This document shows, one piece after another, positions 42,101 to 54,000 of a stretch of DNA of 64,000 bases. The notes below the pieces were generated by a model. It worked only from the letters and a program-made list of their open reading frames with translations. It ran no database searches and had not been told where the DNA came from. The DNA is taken from contig OZ231126.1 in the NCBI GenBank assembly GCA_965153355.1, forward strand, positions 39,060,001-39,124,000, given 5' to 3'. Positions within the stretch are counted from its first letter, which is position 1. The number at the start of each line of letters is the position of its first letter. The position numbers were made by a program, and so were the translations under genes. The DNA is from Flaccisagitta enflata (Eukaryota).

Positions 42101-43007
42101 TCAGCATCGGCAGTTTGTTCTTAAGCTGGTTATTTGCGCCATATCAGGGACATTATTCATGATCAAATTCACAGAATCTTTAAGTTATATAAATCTTTGC
42201 AGATTCTCAAATATCATATATTAAAGACATAGTAAATGTTCTTATTAGTTATTCAATATTTTACTGCAAATGATTATATAGATCAGTAGTGTGATAAGTG
42301 AAGTAGTGTTACTTCATTCTGTCTGTGACGAGAAGGACAATGATATAGTAGCAAAAACTATTATTAAAAGTTTAGCATAAAGAAAAATGTGCTTTTAATC
42401 GTATATAACGTCAATTAAGATCAAAATATCTATGTATCTTGTCATATATTAATGGAATTTGAAATTTACAAGTTTTTAAAATAAATATCATATCATGTTT
42501 GTAAATTTAAAGCAATAATCTTATGTTTAATCAGTATCTTAAATATCATGAAATCATCTCATAGCTGGGAATCATGAATTGGCAACTCTCACCATCACAT
42601 CTCATATGTCACTTAGGAATATAATTTTAATACTAATACTTTTAAACTATTTCTATTCTACTTTGCCTACATTCTGGTTGTTACTTTATATAACTTAAAA
42701 CTACTCACAAAAGCATTAAAATAGTGATCAGATCTGTCATTTTTTAGTCATGTATACGACGCGACAGCCGCACAAGTCGTAGTAGTCGTCGCGATCGTGT
42801 CATTGTCGTCGCTCCGTCGGTCAAGTCGATCGTCCCGTCCGTAATCTTATCAATCCGATCGTCCGTCCCGGTCCATGTCACACATCCTTACTTTTTGCGG
42901 TTTCTGGCCTCACTGCTCCTGCCCAAATGATGAAGTGACCTCAATGAAGTGACTGGGGTAGCCGTGTACCCGGCCTTGTTCTTATCAAGATTAGTTCTCG
43001 GTAAAGC

Positions 43008-44765
43008 CTAAGTAAGACTATTTATGGTCCGCCTTTTTTCACAAAGATAGTCTATGGCAGTTATTGAGAGTGCAACTAAACCAACTATAAAAACGATTGC
43101 AAAAAATCCCAGGAAGGAAAAAAAAGAAACTGACTCGCTGCCATCGTCTTTGTTATCATTAAGAAATTGCTGAGATTTGTACTTTCTTTCTATTTGATCT
43201 ATAACTCCTGATAGACCGTATCTAGTCAGAAGGTCGTTTACTCTTTCCACGTGCTGCCAATTCTTCTTCATGGCGAAGGAGTATGGAAAGCGACTGAAGT
43301 ATCCATCTAGTGTATAAATTCGATCCCCTTCTTCAGCCTTACTCTTACCCAACCAGTAATGGAACTACTAACCAGCCAAATACCTCCATCTTTGAGCGAT
43401 TTGCAAAATTCTGGCACCCAGTCCGAAGACCGGCTGAGGTTTTTAAATTCTATGCGTTCCTCTTGCAACAAATCGTTGATAATTTTATTGTTAACACTTT
43501 TGAAAGCCCGTTCATAACTCGCGTGGGAGTAAACTGAATGATTAGTTTCCAAAATTTCATCAATAGATTTCAAGGGTTTTGTATAGGAGATTTTTGAAAA
43601 AATAGCCGCCATATTGGCCGTGTATGTCGCCACGAAAATCAAGCATAGCATACTCCAACTCTGTTGCAAAACCTTACCACCCATGGAAACGGGTTGTTTA
43701 TCAGTTCCAAGTTGCACGGACGCCATCGAAAAGTATTGCAGGCTTTCCCAAAATGTAAAGTTTTCTTTTGGACGCGTTGAAACTCTCATTTTTCTGTCAA
43801 CAATTGAGATCATTGTCAGAACTGTAGCATAAAAGAACCATAGAAAGCATAAAGCGATCCAAATTTGCCATTTGAAAGGTTTCAAAAAGAGGAAAAAATC
43901 CGGGCTCTCTTGTTTTTCCATCATCATAGCCTGTACTCCACCACTTGAAATAGCCGGCGTGAGTGTGTAACTGCAAAAGAAAAGAAATGATAAAGGAAAT
44001 TTACTAGATAACGGTTTTATCCCAACATAACTTCACCAACAATCACTTGGAAAAAAGTCGAGGCAATGAAGTTCCTTTGGCTTTTTGAGACCTGCAGAGG
44101 TTTTTGGTTTTCTAATATTCTCATGAGGCGTTTCGGAAAGTTGGTGCTTTAGGGGGCCATATGAGACTACCCACTAGATTTACAGGGTCAATATATTTCA
44201 CCATGCTCTTTCAAATGTTGCCAAGCAGAATTCTGTGCAATCAATACTTTCTAAGATATTTTTTGAAAAACTTATCACAATAAGAGAGAGAGAGCGAGCA
44301 AAGAAAGAGGAAACAAAACACAATCACAAACACAAACACTTCAACAACCTCACATTTACCACTTCTTTTCCTACAGCGAGAGCTGCCTTAATGGTAATCA
44401 AACTTCAAAAACTCCTTGTTTGAAAAATATCATAAAGAGAACACTTACTTTGATACTCCAAGTGCTGCCATCTTGAAAGCGTCCAATCTACGGATGATGA
44501 TATCAACAACCTCAACAGTTTCGTTTTGAAAAGCCGGTATCGATTGCGTCTCTTTGACCACCTTTAAACTATAGTCGATGCTAAGTTCTTTGGCGACTCG
44601 CCTCCACAAGTCTATGCAGATACCTCGTAAATATCCGTCATCCTCAAATACGTATGGGTATCCACTAACCTCGGTTACAGCAATAGTTTTTTTACTAGTG
44701 GTTGATTTTGATGTAGACGACGATACTACGTTTATCAGAATTATCGTCCAACAATATCTCATCAT
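43008..44765 (-). CDS. iGluR/IR-like receptor E (exons 44765-44449, 43970-43008) with a 1-bp frameshift at ~43345
   Basis: Signal peptide, GICIDLWRRVA, pore SVQLG, ATYTANMAAIF. The joined length of 1280 nt is 1 nt short of frame. Restoring one base gives W-V-x-SKAEEGDRIY, matching D (WLKAKLDDGDRLY). Either a pseudogene or an indel error. Confidence 0.8.
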
Positions 44766-45373
44766 GTTTGGCTTGTTTTGCTCTGTGAATGCACAATGAG
44801 TGAATTGTGTTTATTCAAGCGATAGTATTTCTCACAAATGCACAGGAGATGTTTTAGTTTCCAAGGCCAAGCAAATTTATGTGTGATCAATATTTCATCG
44901 CCAGTGAAGTCGATCTACAGCTAAAAACCCTCGATTTTAAGAGACAACGGGCAACAAAAGCATTCCTTTAATTTGCCATAACGTATTTTGCAAGAATGTT
45001 ATTTGCCTATTGCTAGGTGTTACTTGGGTAAAAAATCACTGAGAGCATGCCATTTTCAGTCAATATCTGAAACTAATAAGCTGATATTTGTTTCCATAGC
45101 ATCCAGCACCCAATGAATTCCCCGCATGCTGATTTCCAAATATCAAGTTTGACATCCAATGACACGTATGACCCTTCATCAGGTCGTCTGCTAAAAGCGC
45201 TACTTAGTTCATGTACAAATCAAAGGCATGCAACTTGCATGATGCAAGTTGTAATTGCATGCAAGTCATTTATGATCACTCATAACTTTGAAGGCCACTA
45301 AGTCTTATAATACAGTGATGATTTGTTTTATATTCAAAGTCAAATATAAAACAGTTGGCAACAGCATAGATTT

Positions 45374-48076
45374 CTAACGCACGATAGTTGTCTTGACAAA
45401 CGCCAGTCCATTATCGACTGAATGAACGGTATAGCGCATGAAATCCACGATCGCGACCAAAACTGCAGCGAGTCCGCAGACGCCAGTGACGATCACCACA
45501 CTCAAGAAGCTCTTGATCTGGATCGGCGCCGAATCACGAGCGATTGTTTCCCGCTTCTTTGGATTGTGCTTCCGAATGATCTGATCCAAAATGCCCGAGC
45601 GGCCATATTCCACGAACCTTTTCCGGACGCTCTCGGCGTGTTTCCAATCCTTTCTCAGCGCGAATCCATAGGCGGCGTTGCTGAAGAATCCGTCCAAGAT
45701 GTAAACTCTTTCGTCCTGCGTCTGCAGCCACTCGATGCAAGTGTCGAATTCGATGAAGACATGTTCGGACTCGAGCTTTTCCATGATTTGTTGATAGGTG
45801 CCTGTGCATGTGGTGCCATTCTTCGTTTTGTTCATGAAAACAATTTTTTCGTCGAGCAGCTCTGTCAACTTGGAATTGTTCAGCGTCGTAAAATATCTTT
45901 TCAGGCCTGTGATCGTGGACACCTACACAGTGATTAGATATAGTGAAAAATCCAGTGATATAAAAAAATTTAGGCCCACAACAAATTGTTCTTTTTATGG
46001 CATTTTACAGGGCATCATATACTTTATACTGCACTTCACAAGACACACTTGACATAACCACCTAGGAAATAAGTATAAGTATATCGACACCTGAACAAAA
46101 AGCATCAATTATCGAATATCGAGGAGTGGTTGAGTTACTAACCACGGATTTGAAAGTGTTTAAACTACACTTCAAAATGGGACTAATATTTTAATTGTAG
46201 CCTAATTTGTTGATAAGTGACAATCTGCTAAATTTGATGTCAGTGTGCTGTTTTCCTAGATGGCACATACTTTTCATCAGGCGTATGATATCTTCCTATG
46301 TGTGCGGCGAAGTGCAATATATCGGACTACTAAATACCCAATGACTCGACACAGTGATGAATTCACCTTGAAGTCAATTCCGTCGATATCATCGATGGAC
46401 TCAATGGGTCTCGTGTATGACTTTTGCGAGAAAATCGCCGCCAAGTTGGCCGTGTAAGTCGCCAGAAAGATGAGGGCGAAGAAGCTCCATCCACCCTGCA
46501 AGATCTTGCCACCGAGAGAAGATGGCTGTTTGTCGGTGCCAAAGTGAAGCGGGATGATGGAAAAGTACCACAGACTCTCGCTCAACGAAAACTCTTCCTT
46601 TTCCGCCTCCCTCTTCTTTTTCTTGTCGGCCAAAAATGAGACGAAGTAAAGACAAATGCTGTAGAGGAGCCAGCACACAACGCCCATACTCCAAATCGAC
46701 GGTGAAAATGGTTGGAAGGCGGTGAAGAAATTGTCGCGTTCTTTGTAAAGCATGGCAGCTCGAGCGCCGCCCATCGTGAACGAAGGTGTCAAAAGATAGC
46801 TTCATGGAAGTAAACAGGGATTTGAATCTATCAGTGCATGATTCCGTGCATGAATTATTGAGTGAATAAAAAGAATGAATGGATGGATGGATGGATGGGT
46901 GGATGGATGGATGGATGGAAGGATGATGAATCAATGAATGATGTGCATGAATGAATGAATGAATGAATGAATGAATGAATGAATGAATGAATGTATGAAT
47001 GAATGAATGAATAAATGAATGCATGAATGAATGAATGAATGAATGAATGAATGAATGAATGAATGAATGAATGAATGAATGAATGAATGAATGAAAATAG
47101 GATGATGAATCAATGAATGATGTGCATGAATGAATGAATGAATGAATGAATGAATGAATGAATGAATGTATGAATGAATGAATGAATAAATGAATGCATG
47201 AATGAATGAATGAATGAATGAATGAATGAATGAATGAATGAATGAATGAATGAATGAATGAATGAATGAAAATAGGTTGAAAAGACAAAGAATAGAATTT
47301 GTTATAGGTGGAATTCCGTCAAAAGTGGGTCCGTTGGTGTGGAGTTCAACTGTACCGGTATCTCATTCTTTTTTTCTTTACATATTCAATTTTTGTATCA
47401 CGTGGGTCAATCGTGGAGGGTAAAAATGACTTTGATGACGAATACTTTATTGCAAATTTATAGCGAGTTTCAGAATAAAACTTTTTTAAAGATTGGCTCA
47501 TATCTTTGAAACGACCCTTAGTATTGAGTTTTTTTAACTCCTCACATACTGACCTCTAAAATACACACGAGAGCGGCCTCTTTTTAGCGGTAATGTACCT
47601 GTAAGCTTGTACATGTAGAATGGGTTTTTAAGGCCAAAGTAGCACGTTATCATATGGTAATGATGGCTTATGGTAATGATGGAAGAGCGGTAGAGCGTAG
47701 AATACTGAAGAATATGACTTGATTATGCACTTAACTCTAAGATTGATTAATTGGTTGATGGATTAATTGATTAACTGGTTGATTGATTAATTGATTGGTT
47801 GATTTTTTTTATCGCTGTTAAAACTTACTTTTTGACATTATCCCGTATCATTTGACCATCGTTGATCCTCTGCATGATGACGTCCGCGCGACTTTCGTTG
47901 AGATCCTTGTACATCTGCTCCCAAGACATGACTTTTACATCGGACCGCAAATTGAGATCATTTTCTACTTGCTTCCATAAATCCACGCAAATCCCCGACA
48001 ATTCTCCATCTGCGTTTTTTGTGACAAATTCGTTGTTGGTGTTCGTCGTCACCACTGTCACTTCCTCGAGAGTCAT
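45374..48076 (-). CDS. iGluR/IR-like receptor F (exons 48076-47829, 46799-46367, 45922-45374; ~409 aa; 5' end uncertain)
   Basis: GICVDLWKQV, the shared phase-2 intron plus an extra phase-0 intron (AAG/GTGAAT..TGTAG/GTG), pore PLHFG, ATYTANLAAIF, YGFAL, M4. The joined CDS is 1230 nt and in frame. Confidence 0.88.
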
Positions 48077-49922
48077 GATGCTGAGTTGGATTGGTTGGTA
48101 AATCAAAATTTTTTTCCAAAAATTTTCTTTCTTTTTTCTTCGGCGTTATAACGCTTTGGTTTTTTACACTTCTTCGGCTTTGCCTTAATTTTGCAAAACT
48201 ACCGCATCAAAAACGAAAGCAGGAGAACTACCGAGCTTACCGAGATAATGGAACTTGACATTGAGAATTGCGTAACCATTTTCTCCCGGGTGTGTTGCAT
48301 AACGGCCAAAATACCACCACGTAACCAGTAATCGATAGATTCCGTGTTTGCGTTTGTGTCTCGTCCGTGCCACGAAATCCACTGACGATGAAAGGATCAA
48401 GTAACCGTTTCTTTCTTGCTTTTCTTTTCTCTCGAATGTTTCCAACCAACGGGAGGCTCCAAAGCAAGTCGGGGATCTTTCGAGAGTTGGTACATTTAGA
48501 AGAGTTTTGAGCGACTCGATATATCAGCACGAATTTTGACTCTCACAATTGTTCTTGTATCTGGCCACACAGTCACAAAGTCAAAGGAGTCGAGAAGTTT
48601 CATGCGTTTATGACGTGATGAAAATGCGATGAAACTTTGACACATGTTTTGATTAAGAATTTGAGTTTTTCTGAAATGATCAATAGTTATTACAGATGCT
48701 ATATAGCGAAACAAAAAGAAAAAAAAAGAAGAAGAAGAAGAAAAAAAAAAAGAAACAGAAGGAAAGATGAGAATATTTTTCTCGTTCTGTCTTCCAATAT
48801 GAAATACGGGGAAATGAGGTGCGATCGCGCAGCTCAGGATGTAGCTGTCCTCGTAACCGTTGGATAAGGCAAACAGAGTCTATTGATTCTCTTCCTACCG
48901 AAACGACACCTAATACCGCGCTTTTAAGAGAGACAGGCATGGCACGGAACTAACAAAAATCCGCCTCTAGGCCTCTAAAAGACCTGAAATGGCATCATCA
49001 TCATCTTGAGTAGTATTATTCAAGATCCCACTTACCTTTGATTTATACTGTAGCCAAGAAGAAACAACACACCCCGTAATATGGGGTGAGATTAAACCCC
49101 AGGGGTTACTCGGGGTTGCTCGGGGTTGCTCGGGGTTGAACTCTTAGAAAACCCCCAGCAACCCAAGATCTGGGTTTGCTCGGGGTTTCCTCTCACAATG
49201 CTAAATGTTTGTCAAGTTGTCATCATGATAGTTTCGCCTGAATTATATAGCACTGTACCTGATTATCATCGATCATCATATCATGACAAAAAGAAATAGC
49301 GTTTGACTTTGAGATGGGTCACTTTTGACACCTATTTTCGGATTTGCCGTTTCTGACACGAACTCTCTACAAGCAAGCTGCGAGTATGGAACTGAATGAG
49401 AAATAGACTAGAATCGACAGCTTGTCGGGGTTTTGCAAACATTAATCCACAAATGGTCCTAAAGTGTCGAAATGGTGTGCACCCTTCGCGGTGTCCATTG
49501 GGAGAAAAAAAATACCACGTAAATAATGTTCATCGGTTCCTCAAGCTTTTTTTCATTTAGAAACTTACCTTCTACTTTCAATTGCCTCCAGTCCTTCAGG
49601 CAGTAGACGAAGGCTTTGCTATCCTTGGATGAGAATTAACAAATAATCCTATTTCTAGTCGCTGGCTAAGCAACTCTATTAGAGGCTGTGTACGTAAGTT
49701 GGAGGATCCGTAACGCGAAAGTTTGGATAACGCGAAATTGGCTAAAATACAGATTTCTGAGCAATATGGTCCCAGCCCAGCCACATTACCGCCCCGCCCA
49801 CCTTTATACTGCCGTTGCCCACCGGTGTTTCTTCCCCTGCTCACCCGCCAGCGACATTTGATTGGCATCCGGTCTTGTTAGATGAACTTCTGATAATCAT
49901 ATCCTTCAACCAAACTCAACAG

Positions 49923-50117
49923 GGCAAGGTTGGGACCCTCGGTCAAACTTGATTCCACCGAGTCACGAATTCATCGACTTCGTCAAGATTCCCGCTTCTG
50001 ACCCGGAAGGACTCGGACTCGTCTTCAAGGCATTTGGCAAGAAATGGGAGCTCGATCTCAGTCTCAACACTTTCTTGCTTTCTTCCAAGTCCAAATTCGA
50101 CGTCAGGAATGAAAAAG
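49923..50117 (+). CDS. ADAM/ADAMTS-like metalloprotease, prodomain exon
   Basis: CAACAG acceptor. Encodes ...LGLVFKAFGKKWELDLSLNTFLLSS..., the F.AFG....L.L..N..LL motif of M12B propeptides. Phase-1 donor AG/GTGGGT. Confidence 0.8.
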
Positions 50118-50130
50118 GTGGGTAATCACG

Positions 50131-50248
<118 letters not shown>

Positions 50249-50410
50249 GATGATTATTTTGTTTCTACGCCGTCGTTGTCGTCCTTTCCCTTTCAAGACC
50301 TCAATATAGAGCAAATTGGTATCTCATGTCAACATTTGTGTTTATTCAACGATCAAAACCTCAAAATAGCGTATATCTCATCGCAATCGTTTTGTTTATT
50401 CAACGATCAG

Positions 50411-50521
50411 GCGACGTTTTGTCCTCCTTCGATTTCCTGTTTTCGCGCAACTGCTTTTACATCGGCAGCGTGCGTGCGGGCGATGGCGAGAGCGGGCTTG
50501 CAGCGCTCAGCACGTGTAAAG
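50411..50521 (+). CDS. ADAM/ADAMTS-like metalloprotease, prodomain exon
   Basis: Encodes NCFYIGSVRAGDGESGLAALSTCK-G, matching the C.Y.G.V.....S..ALSTC.G propeptide motif. Phase 1 at both ends; donor AG/GTAAGA. Confidence 0.85.
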
Positions 50522-50537
50522 GTAAGATGTCCGGTTG

Positions 50538-50743
50538 CTGTGCTATCTCAGTCGGTATCTCAAGTAATGAACCAAAGCAAGTATATACAGACGAGTATAA
50601 TGAGAATATATACAGAGAAGGCGAGGTAGAGAGAAGAGCCCTGACGTACCAGATCGAGCAGCTTATATACCCGAGAGAGAGGAAGCAGAAGAGAAGGAAG
50701 AAGAGGAGAGGAGAGAGAGAGAAGAAGGCCGTCTACCCGGTTG
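50538..50743 (-). repeat. 3' LTR
   Basis: Direct repeat of 61471-61676; contains TATATAA on the minus strand. Confidence 0.95.
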
Positions 50744-50990
50744 CGCCCCCATTTTTCTTGAAAAATTGGCGCAAAAAGGAATCAGCGACAATTTTTCACC
50801 GAAAAATCAGGAGAAAACTAAGTGGAACGTGCGAGAAAGAGGGGAACAAAAAGAAAGGGACCAAAACTAATGATCTGGTATATCAGCGCATGACAATATT
50901 TTGACAAAAAAAGTAACTCAATCAGGTATGCAATGGAATGGCAAACAGCATAAATGAACAAAGAACGACTAAAATGATGAGTACAATGAT

Positions 50991-51082
<92 letters not shown>

Positions 51083-54000
51083 GAGAGACAGAAAGACAGA
51101 CACAAAGACAGAAATGGAGCAAGAATAAACGATAGAACAAACACAAAACTGAATGAAACTGAATGATTAGAATAAAAATGAAAGCCACGGGAAGAAATGG
51201 ACACAATGTTATTTGTCTTCAAAATGGATTCCACGAGATTTGCAGAAAGTTCCGAATTCAATTCTTTTTTTTTTTTGTTTTTAAATTTCACGTTGTTTCT
51301 CTTTGTCACAATGCACGGTCAAACAGATTTTTTTCCTTCAGCGAGTAGAAGATGGAGAAGTGAGTAAGGATATCTTGAAGGCGAGAGTTCACAGAAATTG
51401 CAGGGACGGGGATCACGGGTGGCGCAAAAACGAGGGATTTGTTCGGAAGAGTCCACAGTTGGGAGTAAATGAGAGAATTGGCGTTAACAAGAACGAAAAG
51501 ATGGCGCAAATGACACGGAATTAAGTCTGGTGTTGAAGATGGTAAAGGACGTAGATGGCGTATTTGGCGTAGAGTTGTGGTAACCCATGATGGCGTTGAT
51601 GAGGGCAAAGGATGTAGACGTTGTTGGCAAAGAGTTGTGGCGTTGTTGGCAAAGAGTTGTGGCGTTGCTGATGTAGGGCAAGGCGTCTGTGAAAATAAGA
51701 GTTTTGGCGTAGATGGCGTGAAGGATAGTCACCGATGATGTAAAGCGAAGTCGTTGATGGCGAAAAGTATAGGCATCGATGGCGCAAAGGACTGGTATAA
51801 TGGCGTAAAGGATAGGTATAAATGGCGTAAAGGATGGCGTAAAGCGGCGAATATGGCAACCAAAAAATGGCACAGAATTGAGATGGAGAGGACGGGGATG
51901 TAGTAAAACCGAATTAAGGAGTGGAGGCAGGAAGGATAAAGGAGGGGGGGGGGTGATTATGGGTAGAATGAGATCGCGGCCGGGGCTCAGGGCAGCAGGA
52001 AAAAAAGGTATTGTCTTTTTTTTTGAAGACAAAAACAGATTCAATGACATGGACACGGGAACACATGATTTACCATTTTTCTTTTTTAAAGAGAAACCCT
52101 CCATTCATCCAATTCCATACACGCGCAAACTCAGGTGGCCACCTTTTACATAATCCATACACACATGAAAAATCGAGGGCCAAACAAGAAAACAGAAACG
52201 AAAATCACGTTTTGACGCGTGCATTGCACAATAAATGACTGATTTGGCCTAAGAGAAGACACGCCCCCATTTTTCTAAGAGGCCCAAGGCATGGCCGCGT
52301 AGGGATGAGATAAGAAGAGAGAAAACGGAGAAAGGGGAAAAATGATAGAAAGATTGACTCAGCAGGGTGCAGAGTCAGGATAAGGTTTCATTTGCCTCCT
52401 ATGTGTCCTCCTCAACTGTCCATCATCAGTTCTCACCATGTAATGCTGTCCAAGAGCCTTGGTCACTGTGCCAATTCGCCAGAATTTTGACAACTTAATT
52501 TTCAGAATGCCAGTTTTGAGCAGCTTCTTTGCAAGAATTCTCTCTGCCCAAATGAGACACTTTTCACCCTCATGGAACTCATGGGGTCGATTACTAATGT
52601 GATGAGCAAGACTTGGTGTATCAATGAGACGATGCCTGGATACTTGGGTCATAAGCTCTCTGATCGACTTGTCAGAGTTAACAACCGTCTTTTCAACATC
52701 TGGGTTGATGGATGGCACCCCGATCAAAGAACGATTATTAAACAGTTGACATGGGCTTGTCACATAACCATTGAAATTCATGCTACACGAGTTGAGACTA
52801 AATGCACATTTTTGCAATTGGCTCGGCCAATGCTTCTCATGCAAAAGCATTCTCCTAAGCAAGTTTACTACCCGAGAATTCATTGTCTCCGATTTATTAG
52901 CATTCTTAACCAGCACTGAGTTAACTATGTGAGTAGAGGCAGTCTCATTGCAAGCAAGCTCAAAATCTCGCAGGAACTCATTGCCCATATCCGAGCTCAC
53001 GTACTGGCATAAGAAACTGTTGCTGTAGCAAATATCAAGTAGAGCTTGAGCAGCTTCTTTGCTTGTCTTGGTTTTGAGCTTACGTAGAAACACATAGGAG
53101 CTTGCTACATCACAGGCTACTAGGGCATAGTTCCAACCTTGCGCTGGTGGCAAATGTAAAAGATCGACATTCAACTCTCTGGTAGGCACAGAATCACTAA
53201 CTGTGATCTTTCTGCCTTTTTGGGCTGTAGGTGCTTGTGAAAGCAAGCATGAGACACATGATTTATATGTCTCACGCAAGAGGGAATTGAGCCGCGGAAT
53301 GAAATAAAGACCGGCTAATATCTTCTGGAGCCTCCAGCAATTACTATGGGCCATGTTGACATGCATAGTCATGATCACATCTCTTGCAATTGACTCGGGA
53401 CATACAAGCAAAGAGACAGTATTGCCATTATCATCCAGTGAATTCTTTCTCAACTCTCCATTCACAATGGACAATGTCTCAAACTCATCCATAACCGCAT
53501 TAAGGTAGGGTGACTCCTGCCTTATCTCATGATATACTGGCTGCTTACCTAGCTCCACACACTCAATGACTGTGCGCGTGTCTGGGTCAGCACGTTGTTC
53601 ATTGACAACTTTCTGTCTTTGAGAAATATGTGCTTCATTGCCATCAACTGCCTTCTTCACGCCATTATCGCCATCATCTGTGCTCACAGGCCTAGCCCTC
53701 TTCCTAGCTCTTGTACCTAAGAGTGGAAGGCATAAACCATCTGTAAGACAATCATTCGTCTGTGAGGTGCCAGCTAAATGTCCATCGCCATTTAGATCAT
53801 CAAACCAACCAAATGTTATGCCATTCAGGTTTGAAACAACATTGAGTGGTGAGTTTGAATCAGAAGAATTTTCACTAACAGCACTATTCATCTCACCACT
53901 ATCTGTATGTTTGTCACGCCGTCCGATAAGACTATCATTCATGTCATCATCAGTCACTTCATCATCTGACATGTTCTCATCTAACTTGACATGCTGTTGC

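Noticed and set aside
51306-52104. env-like ORF between pol and the 3' LTR
   Set aside because: Short overlapping ORFs with no signal peptide, furin site or transmembrane anchor; dominated by CGCCA motifs.
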